NCBI GenBank assembly: GCA_964447415.1
Contig: CAYUSN010000002.1
Location: forward strand, 34,512-98,511
DNA length: 64,000 bases
Direction: 5' to 3'
From: an uncultured Candidatus Saccharibacteria bacterium
Lineage (GTDB): Bacteria; Patescibacteriota; Minisyncoccia; Phycocordibacterales; EsbW-18
Positions within the stretch are counted from its first letter, which is position 1. The number at the start of each line of letters is the position of its first letter. The notes beneath the pieces were generated by a model. The model was given only the letters and a program-made list of their open reading frames with translations, was not told the DNA's origin and made no database searches. The position numbers and the translations under genes are program-made. Shown here in pieces: positions 10,928 through 19,986 of this stretch.

Positions 10928-11377
10928 TTACTCTGCCTTCTGTTCCTCAGCCGTAGGGGTCTCAACCTGAATTTCAACTGTCGCCTCAGGAACTGTTTCA
11001 GCTGGAGTTTCAACAGGGGCCTCGGGTTGCTGCTCCGTCGCGGATGCTTCAGGGGCAGGAGCTTCAGCAGGTGCTGCAGCCACAGCCGGTTCTTCCTTTA
11101 TGATTGGTGATTTTTTCGGCAACACGTTGCGTTTTTTCCCTGAAATCGCACCTGCGGTCACAAGCATGTTGTAGACGGTGTCGGACGGCTGTGCCCCTTT
11201 GGACATCCAATACTTCGCGCGCTCCACATCAAGTGATTTTTGTTTTGTTGCCGCGTTGTAGAAACCGATTTGCTCCACATGGTTCCCTGCCTTCGGGCCG
11301 CGCGTTGACTCCAACACAACCACACGAAAAGACGGGTCGTTGGTTCGTCCGTACCGCTGTAATCTGATTTTAAGCAT
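10928..11377 (-). CDS. rpsP: 30S ribosomal protein S16 with an about 70 aa Ala/Pro/Glu-rich C-terminal extension
   Basis: MLKIRLQRYGRTNDPSFRVVVLESTRGPKAGNHVEQIGFYN... matches S16. Start placed at the MLKIRL methionine (ATG at 11375-11377); the track ORF reads 97 codons further upstream into the divergent region. Confidence 0.88.
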   Translation of the reverse strand: MLKIRLQRYGRTNDPSFRVVVLESTRGPKAGNHVEQIGFYNAATKQKSLDVERAKYWMSKGAQPSDTVYNMLVTAGAISGKKRNVLPKKSPIIKEEPAVAAAPAEAPAPEASATEQQPEAPVETPAETVPEATVEIQVETPTAEEQKAE

Positions 11378-11486
11378 GGTGAATGAAAAACTGCCCTCAG
11401 GACAGCGAAAGAACTGTACCAAAAAGCCCCGTAAAAGGCAACCACCGATGGATATAGCCGTTAAAATGTGGTACTGTGATGCGTAC

Positions 11487-13472
11487 ATGAAAAAGAAATC
11501 CCCGAAAAGGGGGGCACGCGGGCACTCCTTGCCCCACCGCACGAGAGGTGCGAAGGCGCCAAAACAGTTTGAAGCGGTTGTGAGGACGACACCAAAAGGT
11601 GTCGGTTTTGTTCCTGACCCGCGCAATGAAAAAGAAAGCATCCGCATTGAAGCCGGGAACCTCAACACCGCGCTTCACGGCGACTCGGTGCTTATCTCCG
11701 TGCTCCCCGGACACTACCGTGGCGAGCGTTTCGGGCGCATTGAGCGCGTGTTACACCGCGCCAAGACCCGCTTCGTCGGCACCGTCATGGAAAACGACGG
11801 CAGACTCGTACTTGTCCCCGATGACCGCAAGAGTTATATCACCCTTCTCTTAAAAGATCCGTCTGGAAGCGTCTCCGGTGACAAGGTGTTTGTTGAGATG
11901 CTGCCGTGGAGCGACCCGAAACAACAGCCGGAGGCCCGCTTGATTGAAAACATCGGAAAAAAAGGACTGCATGAGGTGGAAATCCGCTCGATTATTCTTG
12001 AGAAAGGCATTGATGATACGTTTCCGAAAGACGTAGAAGAAGAGGCGCAGCGTGTGTTTGAAGCATATGCGACGGAAAAAAATCTCGAGGGACGGAAAGA
12101 TTTCAGAAATACCCCGACATGCACCATTGACCCCTTGGACGCAAAAGATTTTGACGACGCGCTTTCGGTGCAGTTTCTTCCCGACGGAAACCTCGAGGTT
12201 GGCGTCCATATTGCCGATGTTTCTCATTTTGTACTCCCAAACAGCACACTTGACCGTGAAGCGCGAAAACGCGCGTTCTCTTCCTACCTTGTTGACCGCA
12301 CTATTCCGATGCTTCCCGAGGTGCTTTCCAACGATCTGTGCAGTCTCAAACCCGATGTTGACCGGCTCACCTATTCTGCATGGTTTACGGTCACACCGGA
12401 GGGTACGGTGCTTTCAAGGAACTTCGGAAAAGCCGTCATCCACTCACAACGGCGGTTTGTATACGAAGAGGCACAAAAAATCCTTGACGCAGGAGCGGGG
12501 TCTTTTTTCAAGGAGCTCACGGCGCTTAACACCATTGCAAAGCACTCGCGTGCGAGACGTATGGGGGCAGGTGCGATTGATTTTGAACAGCATGAGGTGC
12601 GGTTTGAACTTGCCGACGACGGCGTTCCGTTGGAAGCATTTTTGAAAGAGCGTCTCGATACGCACAAACTCATCGAGGAGTTCATGCTTTTGGCAAACCG
12701 CGAGGTTGCAGAGTTTGTGTATTCAAAATACGAGAAAAAACAGCACCCGTTTGTCTACCGTGTACACGACGTACCCAATCCCGAAAAACTCCGTGATCTT
12801 GCAGACTTCGTCCACGCGCTCGGACACACACTCTCCTTGTCGCCGAAAGGGCATGCAAGCGGAAAAATGCTCAACAAACTTTTTAAAGACGTGGAGGGAA
12901 CGCCGGAAGAAGATCTTATTCTGACCGCAGGTTTACGTTCCATGGCAAAGGCAATGTATTCAACCCGCAACATCGGTCACTACGGACTCGCACTTCCCGC
13001 CTACACACAGTTTACCTCTCCTATCCGCCGTTACGCCGACTTGCTCGTACACCGACTCTTGCATGAAGAATTGACCCGCGGAACCCTTCCGATTGGAAAC
13101 TATCCGTTTTACGCAAAAGTCGCGCAGGAAATTTCGGAACGCGAGTTGTCCATTATTGATGCGGAGCGTGAATCGGTAAAACTCAAACAGGCGGAGTACA
13201 TGAACGTGCGCATCGGAAAAGAGTTTGAGGGGGTGATTTCCGGCGTGTCCGACTGGGGAATCTTTATCGAGGAGCGCGACACGCACGCCGAGGGGTTGAT
13301 TCGTCTGGCAAACATGCCGAGTGATTACTACCGGCACGATGCTAAAAAATACCGTGTCGTCGGCGAACGGACAAAAAAGGTATATTCGCTCGGCGACGTG
13401 GTGCGCTTTCGTGTGGTGAATGTTGATGTTGACCGTAAGCAGATTGAGTGTGCGCTCGTGTCCAGCACATAG
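11487..13472 (+). CDS. rnr: Ribonuclease R (RNB family 3'-5' exoribonuclease)
   Basis: RNB catalytic region (DPLDAKDFDDALSV; HYGLALPAYTQFTSPIRRYADLLVHR) and a C-terminal S1 domain. Start uncertain: ATG at 11487 (MKKKSPKRG...) or 11448. The track start at 11340 would overlap rpsP. Confidence 0.88.
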   Translation: MKKKSPKRGARGHSLPHRTRGAKAPKQFEAVVRTTPKGVGFVPDPRNEKESIRIEAGNLNTALHGDSVLISVLPGHYRGERFGRIERVLHRAKTRFVGTVMENDGRLVLVPDDRKSYITLLLKDPSGSVSGDKVFVEMLPWSDPKQQPEARLIENIGKKGLHEVEIRSIILEKGIDDTFPKDVEEEAQRVFEAYATEKNLEGRKDFRNTPTCTIDPLDAKDFDDALSVQFLPDGNLEVGVHIADVSHFVLPNSTLDREARKRAFSSYLVDRTIPMLPEVLSNDLCSLKPDVDRLTYSAWFTVTPEGTVLSRNFGKAVIHSQRRFVYEEAQKILDAGAGSFFKELTALNTIAKHSRARRMGAGAIDFEQHEVRFELADDGVPLEAFLKERLDTHKLIEEFMLLANREVAEFVYSKYEKKQHPFVYRVHDVPNPEKLRDLADFVHALGHTLSLSPKGHASGKMLNKLFKDVEGTPEEDLILTAGLRSMAKAMYSTRNIGHYGLALPAYTQFTSPIRRYADLLVHRLLHEELTRGTLPIGNYPFYAKVAQEISERELSIIDAERESVKLKQAEYMNVRIGKEFEGVISGVSDWGIFIEERDTHAEGLIRLANMPSDYYRHDAKKYRVVGERTKKVYSLGDVVRFRVVNVDVDRKQIECALVSST

Positions 13473-13633
13473 TTTGCCGCTATCTCTTTGTTACAAACAC
13501 ACACACCCTCCTCACCGCTCACAGAAAGTTCCAGTTTTGTCCGCACAGTTGGATAAACCTTTCGATGAAGCAACAGCGACAAACTATGTGCTGGGTGAAT
13601 TGAAAAGTATTCTGGAGGACGTACAATACACGT

Positions 13634-13861
13634 ATGCAGGACTGGTTTTCTTTTAGCGTATCTTCCGAAACGTTTTCCGTCACCTTGTGGATCATTTTTA
13701 TCGCTGTTGCTATCGTATGGGCAGTGACGTCCGGTATTTTATGGTTTCACTGGCGCGCATACGGTGCCGACACGAAACGTGTAAAGCGTATCCGGCGCGT
13801 ATACCTTACCGGCTCGCTCGTGCTTCTTGTTCTTGCCATGAGTTTTATCTTTTCGCTCTAA
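13634..13861 (+). CDS. Small hypothetical membrane protein (2 predicted TM helices)
   Basis: 75 aa with hydrophobic segments. Stop lies 3 nt before the next gene start. Confidence 0.35.
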   Translation: MQDWFSFSVSSETFSVTLWIIFIAVAIVWAVTSGILWFHWRAYGADTKRVKRIRRVYLTGSLVLLVLAMSFIFSL

Positions 13862-13864
13862 ACC

Positions 13865-14485
13865 ATGCTGCATAATCCTTACACCGCAGGCACAAAACCG
13901 CGTTCACAGGATCTCAACCTGGAACAGCTTATTAACCTTGAGGAGGGCGAGAAAATACTGCTGGAGGTGCGTCGGCACATGTTTATCCTGTACGGCAAGG
14001 TCGCATTACTCTTGATTTTCTTTTTTGTCCCGCTTGCGCTGTCACCTGCACTCGGAGTATTCATCAACAAACTGACCGACGGAACAGCGGGTCCGATTGC
14101 GGTCGGCTTTTTCTTCCTGCTGTGGTGCCTGTTTCTTTGGGTGCTCTTTTTCTTCTACTGGACCGACTACTATCTTGATGTGTGGATTGTCACCAACCGC
14201 CGTATTTTCGATATTGAACAAAAAGGGGTGTTTCGACGCGACGTCTCCGTCACAAGATTAGAGCAGGTGCAGGATGTCACCGTGTCCGTTGACGGTATTT
14301 TTGCGACATTCATGCACTTCGGCAACATTCACATCCACACCGCAGGAAGTGAAATTGACTTCACCATCAAAAACGCCGCCAATCCAATGCACGTCAAAGA
14401 GACCATTATGCGCGCGCACGGCGAAGCGTTTTCAGAACACAACAGCCTGCGCACTGCTACTTCGCAACCGCAACAGCCTCAGTAA
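13865..14485 (+). CDS. Bacterial PH-domain (bPH_2/YdbT-like) membrane protein
   Basis: Two N-terminal TM helices followed by a ...IVTNRRIFDIEQKGVFRRDVSVTRLEQVQDVTV... beta-rich module typical of DUF304/bPH_2. Confidence 0.55.
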   Translation: MLHNPYTAGTKPRSQDLNLEQLINLEEGEKILLEVRRHMFILYGKVALLLIFFFVPLALSPALGVFINKLTDGTAGPIAVGFFFLLWCLFLWVLFFFYWTDYYLDVWIVTNRRIFDIEQKGVFRRDVSVTRLEQVQDVTVSVDGIFATFMHFGNIHIHTAGSEIDFTIKNAANPMHVKETIMRAHGEAFSEHNSLRTATSQPQQPQ

Positions 14486-16757
14486 ACGATACCGACAGAA
14501 GCTGAGATACGGCATCGTGTCCCATCGTTACACCATAGAGTACACCGGCGCGTGACATCGTTTCACGATTGTGTGTAATTAAAATAAGTTGTGTCTTTGC
14601 GGCAAGGTTTTCAATCATGTCGCCGTAGCGTTTGCTGTTTGCCTCGTCGAGCGCCGCGTCGGTTTCATCCAAAATAATACACGGCGGGGGATTCACCTGC
14701 GACATCGCAAAAATCAGCGCAATTGAGGTGAGCGCCCGTTCGCCTCCTGAGAGCATTTCAAGTCCGTGGATTTTTTTGCGAGGCAGTGACACGTGGATTT
14801 CAACGCCTTCCTGCATCTTCTCCACATCCGTGTCAGCCTCATCCGGCACGCCACCCTCAAACATCTCTTCTAAGTCGGAATCTTTGCGTGCGCGTTTGAC
14901 CTCACGGACAACCTCAAGCGACGCGGTGCCGCCGCCGAACATCAGTGCGAAGAATTCCGCAAACTGCTCGTTTATTTTTTTGACACCATCCTGAAATTCG
15001 CGCGCGAGTGTTTCTTCCAAATCGGCAATGAGCTGTTTGAGCGCCTCTGCCGAGGCAAGCAAGTCGGTGACTTCTTTTTCAAGAAACGCGTCGCGTTGTG
15101 ACACTTCCTCATACTCTTTCATCACATCTTCCCCGCCCGCGTTTCCCGCTTCTTCAAGCCGTATTTTCATGCGTTCAATTTCCTTTTTACGCGCGAGTTG
15201 TTCTTTGCGGTCCTCCGGAGACGGCGACCGCGTCAGCGCCTGCATCACGTCGTCAAAACGCACCGCTTCCATGCCGGCAAGTGCACCGGCCTCCATCAAT
15301 TCGCGCTTAAACTCTTCTTCTTCCAAAGAAAGCGCCTGCAATGCGCCGGCAAGGCGCTGCACTTCCACGCGAATCTCCTGCTGTTCGTTTGAGAGCGAGA
15401 AAATGTTCCGCTCCATTTCGCGTCCGGAGTGCATGTCTGTTTCGATGTCGGCCTGTACTTTTTTGTAAGACACCTCATGCTCCTTTTCCTGGGCCTCAAA
15501 ACGGACCACCTCCGCATCGAGTTTTGTTTTTTCCTTCTCAAGATCGGCGAGCTGTGCACGCATATCGGCAAGCTCTTCGTTTGAGGACCCCGCCGAACCC
15601 GACACGTTTGCGATAAATTCGGCGACCAGCACCCTCATCTCAGAAAGCGCCGACTTTAGGGCGGCAGCGTCTGTAAGCAGGAGCGCCTCGGAAATACGGG
15701 AAAGAAGCTTACCGGTCATTCCCGACACGGATGAAAACGGCACAGTTCGGTGCGCATCTTCGTTCTGACGTTTCTCTTCGCGGGCGATAATCGTTTTGAG
15801 CGTCGCAATCTCTCCCTCCACGCGCCCGGCTTCACGGACTTTTGCGTCTTTTTCGGCGCGCAATTCGCGCAATTTTTTCTCACCTTCAAGCAGCGCGTCG
15901 GACGTGGTGTCTTTCCGTGCGAGGCGCTGCAGCTCTTCACGCGCATCGCCGATTTCTTTCTCCAGGCGCTTCATGTGCGCTTCCTTCGGCTTCAGCTCAT
16001 CTTCAATGCGCGTTTTTTCAGCGGTGAGATATGTTTTCTCACGCGCAAAATATTCTTTGTAGTCACGCACCAGCAGTTCGGAGAGTTCACGCGCACGGGC
16101 GAGTTTTGCCACCTGTTTTTCCAAAAATTTCAGATGCGGTTTCAATTCGCGCCGGATGCTTTCCGCGCGGTCAAGATTCTCCTGCGTCTTTTCAAGCTTG
16201 CGGAGGCTTTCTTCTTTCTTGTACTGATACATCTTCAGACCGAGCGCGTCCTCCACCATTGTTTTTCGTTCACGGAAATTCACCGACAAAATCCTGTCCG
16301 CCTCACCCTGTGAAATAATATGGTGACCCGAGGCGCCGATATGTGCGCCGGACAGCATTTCAAAAATATCCTTCAGCCGTGACACCGAACCGTTGAGGTG
16401 ATATTCGCTCGACGCGTCGCGGTGAATAATGCGCTCAAGCACCACCTCGTCAAAATCCACGTCAAAGAGCCGCCTGCCGTCTTGGCTTGCTCCCGGCGTG
16501 TTGTCAAACACGAGTTTCACGTGTGCGCGGTTGCTTTTCGGCGTCTCCTTTGAGCCGTTCCAAATGAGGTCTTCCGTGCGCTTGCCGCGCATGGACTTGA
16601 TGGATTGTTCGCCGAGCACGAAACGAAACGCTTCGGCGACGTTTGATTTGCCGGAGCCGTTGGGACCCACGATTGCCGTAATCGGCGTTTTGAATTCAAG
16701 CGATGCCTTCTTTGCGAATGACTTGAATCCGGAGAGTTCGAGAGATTTAAGATACAT
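14457..16757 (-). CDS. smc: SMC-family chromosome segregation ATPase, short form (766 aa)
   Basis: N-terminus MYLKSLELSGFKSFAK...VGPNGSGKSNVAEAFRFVLGEQS (Walker A) and C-terminus LSGGERALTSIALIFA (signature) plus ILDETDAALD (Walker B), with long coiled-coil in between. No recognisable hinge motif was seen. Confidence 0.85.
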   Translation of the reverse strand: MYLKSLELSGFKSFAKKASLEFKTPITAIVGPNGSGKSNVAEAFRFVLGEQSIKSMRGKRTEDLIWNGSKETPKSNRAHVKLVFDNTPGASQDGRRLFDVDFDEVVLERIIHRDASSEYHLNGSVSRLKDIFEMLSGAHIGASGHHIISQGEADRILSVNFRERKTMVEDALGLKMYQYKKEESLRKLEKTQENLDRAESIRRELKPHLKFLEKQVAKLARARELSELLVRDYKEYFAREKTYLTAEKTRIEDELKPKEAHMKRLEKEIGDAREELQRLARKDTTSDALLEGEKKLRELRAEKDAKVREAGRVEGEIATLKTIIAREEKRQNEDAHRTVPFSSVSGMTGKLLSRISEALLLTDAAALKSALSEMRVLVAEFIANVSGSAGSSNEELADMRAQLADLEKEKTKLDAEVVRFEAQEKEHEVSYKKVQADIETDMHSGREMERNIFSLSNEQQEIRVEVQRLAGALQALSLEEEEFKRELMEAGALAGMEAVRFDDVMQALTRSPSPEDRKEQLARKKEIERMKIRLEEAGNAGGEDVMKEYEEVSQRDAFLEKEVTDLLASAEALKQLIADLEETLAREFQDGVKKINEQFAEFFALMFGGGTASLEVVREVKRARKDSDLEEMFEGGVPDEADTDVEKMQEGVEIHVSLPRKKIHGLEMLSGGERALTSIALIFAMSQVNPPPCIILDETDAALDEANSKRYGDMIENLAAKTQLILITHNRETMSRAGVLYGVTMGHDAVSQLLSVSFTEAVAVAK

Positions 16758-16813
16758 ACAAAAAACGCGTCCGTACGCGTGTAGTATCGCATATTTTTTT
16801 GCAGCTTTCTAAT

Positions 16814-17503
16814 TTACCACCCCTTCTTTGTAATCGCGTTCTGGGCCGCGGATTGCTCCGCTTCTTGTTTTGATTTTCCGGAACCGCGGGCAACCTCTTC
16901 CCCTTTCAAAAAAACCGAGACCGTAAAATCGCGGTCGTGGTCTGGACCTTCTTCCTGCACGGTCTGGTACGACGGCGTAATACCGACCTTGTCCTGCGCA
17001 AGCTCCTGAAAACGGCTCTTTGCATCGCGCCAGAGATGGTTGTTGACGATATCTTCCGTACGCGGCAACAGGAACTTCGCTACAAACGCACGTGCCACGT
17101 CGTATCCCCCGTCAAGAAACAGTGCGCCGACGATGGCTTCAAAGGCGTTTGCAAGAATGTACTGGCGCGCGCGACCGGTGTCTTTTGCCTCACCTTTCGA
17201 CAAGTGCAGAAAATCATTGACACCAAGCTCCATGGACACTGTCGCCAGTGTTGATGTATTCACGAGTCCCGCGCGATATGATGTCAGATCACCCTCCGCT
17301 TTATTCGGATATTTTGCGTACAGAAATTCAGTGGTGATGAGTTCCAACACCGCGTCTCCTAAAAATTCGAGGCGCTCGTTGTGGTCACCCGCATGCCGGT
17401 GCGACTCATTGATAAAGGAGCGGTGCGTCAGCGCCGTTGTTATCAGTTTTGTGTCGGCAAACGTGTGCCCGATTTTTTCTTCCAAGACATGGACATCATT
17501 CAT
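16814..17503 (-). CDS. rnc: Ribonuclease III
   Basis: ERLEFLGDAVLELITTEFLY RNase III signature and a C-terminal dsRBD. Start at MNDVHVLEEKIGHTF (ATG at 17501-17503), 2 nt after the upstream gene's stop codon. Confidence 0.9.
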   Translation of the reverse strand: MNDVHVLEEKIGHTFADTKLITTALTHRSFINESHRHAGDHNERLEFLGDAVLELITTEFLYAKYPNKAEGDLTSYRAGLVNTSTLATVSMELGVNDFLHLSKGEAKDTGRARQYILANAFEAIVGALFLDGGYDVARAFVAKFLLPRTEDIVNNHLWRDAKSRFQELAQDKVGITPSYQTVQEEGPDHDRDFTVSVFLKGEEVARGSGKSKQEAEQSAAQNAITKKGW

Positions 17504-17505
17504 AC

Positions 17506-18402
17506 TCAGTGCTGTTTTTGCGACAGGAGTGTAATTGCTTTCGTAATGAGAGGCAAGATGTCGTCGTAGATGTTGAGGTTTACAATTTCTCCGAGACGAA
17601 ACCACCGCGCATCATCAAGTCCGCCCGAGGTACCCAATTTGATTTCGTGAAACGGCGATTCGGCCAAAAAATACGTCACACGCTTTCGGATTTTTCCTTT
17701 TTCAGGATGCGAGGCGATGTATTCGTTGCTTCCAATTTCATCCTGTATCTCCACCTCAAGTCCGAGCTCCTCCAGCATTTCACGAGCCGTGCCCGTGCGA
17801 GCGTCTTCACCGTTCTCTATTTTTCCCTTGGAGAGCGTCCAGTGCCCGAACACATCATGCACGAATGCAATGTAGATATCATCACCGTGCCGCGCATAGA
17901 CAAACGCGCCGCCGAGAACCTCCTGCGGCATCTCGTCGTATGGCACGTCCTTTTTCTTTTTTGATGTTTCGTTTTTTCCCGGCTCGCCGAGTTCCTTGTA
18001 CACGGAACCGAGCACGCCGTTCACAAACCGACCCGATGAGTCACCGCCGAAACTCTTAGCAAGCTCGATGGCTTCGTTGATGGCCACCTTCGCCGGCACG
18101 TGCGCACGATCGCCGAAGAGAAGCTCAAAAAGCCCGAGACGCAGAACGTTGCGGTCAACGAGCGAGATTTTGTCTATCGGCCATTCAGGCGCGGCTTTCT
18201 CGATGATGGTATCGAGGTCTTTGCGCTTTTGGATAACTCCTTTCAAGAGCGATCTCATAAAATCCTGCTCTCCGATGCCCGGTGCGAATTCCGCGGCAAT
18301 GTGAGAGAGAACTCCCGCAGCTTCTTTTGCTGACACGGAAGAAAAATCAATCTGGAAAAGGGTCTGAAGAACAACTGATCTCGCTAAATGGCGATTGCTC
18401 AT
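17506..18402 (-). CDS. nusB: NusB transcription antitermination factor fused to a C-terminal NUDIX hydrolase domain
   Basis: Residues 1 to about 135 look like NusB (MSNRHLARSVVLQTLFQIDF...GFVNGVLGSVYKEL). Residues about 150-298 carry a perfect Nudix box, GKIENGEDARTGTAREMLEELGL (GX5EX7REUXEEXGU). Confidence 0.8.
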   Translation of the reverse strand: MSNRHLARSVVLQTLFQIDFSSVSAKEAAGVLSHIAAEFAPGIGEQDFMRSLLKGVIQKRKDLDTIIEKAAPEWPIDKISLVDRNVLRLGLFELLFGDRAHVPAKVAINEAIELAKSFGGDSSGRFVNGVLGSVYKELGEPGKNETSKKKKDVPYDEMPQEVLGGAFVYARHGDDIYIAFVHDVFGHWTLSKGKIENGEDARTGTAREMLEELGLEVEIQDEIGSNEYIASHPEKGKIRKRVTYFLAESPFHEIKLGTSGGLDDARWFRLGEIVNLNIYDDILPLITKAITLLSQKQH

Positions 18403-18441
18403 ATGTGCGCGCCGCTTTCGCGGCGCGGAAGTGTCAAACGT

Positions 18442-18714
18442 CTACTTCGAGTCTTTCGACTCGCTCTTCTGTGCATCCGCTGCGCTTTCGCCTCGTGCAC
18501 GGAGTTTCGCCTGCTTTCGGGCAAGAGAACGCTCCGCCTTGGCCTGCGCATTTACAACCGTTCGACCGCGATACGCGCCGCACGTCAGACACGCCTGGTG
18601 CCGGATGTGCTTGGAACCGCAGGTAGCGCACACAGAAAGACGCGGCCCTGAAAGGGCGTGGTGCGACCGGCGGTTGCCGGTGTGGCCTTTTGTGTGACGC
18701 ATTCGAACTGTCAT
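18442..18714 (-). CDS. rpmF: 50S ribosomal protein L32 with a basic C-terminal extension
   Basis: RRSHHALSGPRLSVCATCGSKHIRHQACLTCGAYRGR matches the L32 zinc-ribbon core. Confidence 0.8.
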   Translation of the reverse strand: MTVRMRHTKGHTGNRRSHHALSGPRLSVCATCGSKHIRHQACLTCGAYRGRTVVNAQAKAERSLARKQAKLRARGESAADAQKSESKDSK

Positions 18715-18750
18715 AACGTGTACACTCTAACAAAAACAGGTATTTTGTGC

Positions 18751-18802
18751 AAACAAAAAGGCCCGATGCTGCTGGACCTCTTTGGTCCTGCTACATCGGG
18801 CC
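18751..18802 (-). terminator. Rho-independent terminator downstream of the high-GC Nudix-like gene
   Basis: Imperfect hairpin GGCCCGATG...CATCGGGCC (about 19 bp) at 18760-18802, followed in minus sense by UUUUUGUUUG. Confidence 0.6.
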
Positions 18803-18807
18803 ACCCA

Positions 18808-19332
18808 TCAGGCGGCGAGGCGCGTGATACTGATTCGCGCCCTTTCGGCCGGCACCTTGTGCGTGAAGAACATCTCGCTGATGAGCGCGTCGTCGAGAAC
18901 GCGCCACTCGGGAGCTTCCAGGAGCTCGTCACCGTCCCACATCGGCTCCCTGCGGATCTCCGCGTTCTTCGGGATCTCGATGAGGCAGAAGTACTGGCGA
19001 TGAGGATCGCGGTCACCTCGTGCCGGCTTGAAGACCGTGTGAAGCGGCTCTCGGTACGAGACGACGGGAACCCCCATCTCCGCGAGAATTTCTCGTTCGA
19101 GCGTGTCCTCCGGCGTCTTGTCCTCCGGTGCGTCATTGTTGGTGCCACCGATGAACTTCAGCTGTACTTCGTTGGCACGAACTGGGTCCATCGGATGAGG
19201 TCTGTACTTCATGACCAGGACCTCGATTTCGCCGTCCTGATTGCGCCATGGAATGCCGGCGCAGAACCAGGATGAAGCATCCAACGGAACTACGTTAAGC
19301 GGTCCATTGAGACTTCCCACGTGTACCCCCAA
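18808..19332 (-). CDS. Divergent NUDIX-like hydrolase, gene of anomalously high GC
   Basis: IGGTNNDAPEDKTPEDTLEREILAEMGV is a degenerate Nudix box, preceded by a beta-strand (EIEVLVMKYR). Third codon positions are almost all G/C, unlike neighbouring genes. Confidence 0.5.
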   Translation of the reverse strand: MGVHVGSLNGPLNVVPLDASSWFCAGIPWRNQDGEIEVLVMKYRPHPMDPVRANEVQLKFIGGTNNDAPEDKTPEDTLEREILAEMGVPVVSYREPLHTVFKPARGDRDPHRQYFCLIEIPKNAEIRREPMWDGDELLEAPEWRVLDDALISEMFFTHKVPAERARISITRLAA

Positions 19333-19383
19333 TCCTGAGTAGTGTTTTTTTGAGACCTAAACTTCCTTTCCCACAATATCATA

Positions 19384-19980
19384 CTACACTACACTTGTCA
19401 AGTTACGACAAAACGTCTTGCGGTGCATTGGTGAGAGCCCGTTTCGGCGCAGAGCGCTGATGTGCGCTTTCGTCCCATATCCCTTATGAATCTCAAATCC
19501 ATACTGCGGATATTTTTTTGCGATGCGCACCATATACCGGTCACGTGTTACTTTTGCGACAATTGACGCAAGTGCGATGGAGAGTTCTTTTTCATCTCCT
19601 TTGATAATTGTTTTCTGGTGCTGATATTTCTCAGGCGCCTTCAGTCCCCCATCTAAAAAAATTTGTGTGCTTTTCGGTAAATCTAGCGTGTTGAGCACGG
19701 TTGAAATTCCTTGTCTGATTGCGAAAGAAATTCCTTTTGTGTCTATCGTACGTGCGCCCACCAATCTCACCGCGCATGAAAGCGCCCCTTTCTTTTGCAG
19801 GCGCTCAATTTCCGCAAACCACTCGTCGCGTTGTTTCGGAGAAAGTTTTTTTGAATCGCGTGTTTTTGGGAACGCGCCGCGCACCGCACGTGAGCGGATC
19901 ACCACACATCCGACGGCAACCGGACCCGCCAGCGGTCCCCTTCCCGCTTCATCAATACCGACGACGGTTTTCATATTCAA
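19384..19980 (-). CDS. rnhB: Ribonuclease HII
   Basis: MKTVVGIDEAGRGPLAGPVAVGCVV N-terminal RNase HII motif. Confidence 0.9.
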   Translation of the reverse strand: MNMKTVVGIDEAGRGPLAGPVAVGCVVIRSRAVRGAFPKTRDSKKLSPKQRDEWFAEIERLQKKGALSCAVRLVGARTIDTKGISFAIRQGISTVLNTLDLPKSTQIFLDGGLKAPEKYQHQKTIIKGDEKELSIALASIVAKVTRDRYMVRIAKKYPQYGFEIHKGYGTKAHISALRRNGLSPMHRKTFCRNLTSVV

Positions 19981-19986
19981 AAAAAC

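Noticed and set aside
11340-11486. Extended N-terminus of RNase R starting at 11340, which would overlap the rpsP start
   Set aside because: The extension (MVRPYRCNLILSM...) has no homology and would overlap the divergent rpsP start and promoter. Internal ATGs at 11448 or 11487 give a standard RNase R N-terminus.
18658-19275. 205 aa plus-strand ORF and a 145 aa minus-strand ORF overlapping the high-GC Nudix-like gene
   Set aside because: High-GC DNA yields long open frames in several phases. Only the 18808-19332 minus frame shows the GC3 bias and a Nudix-like motif.
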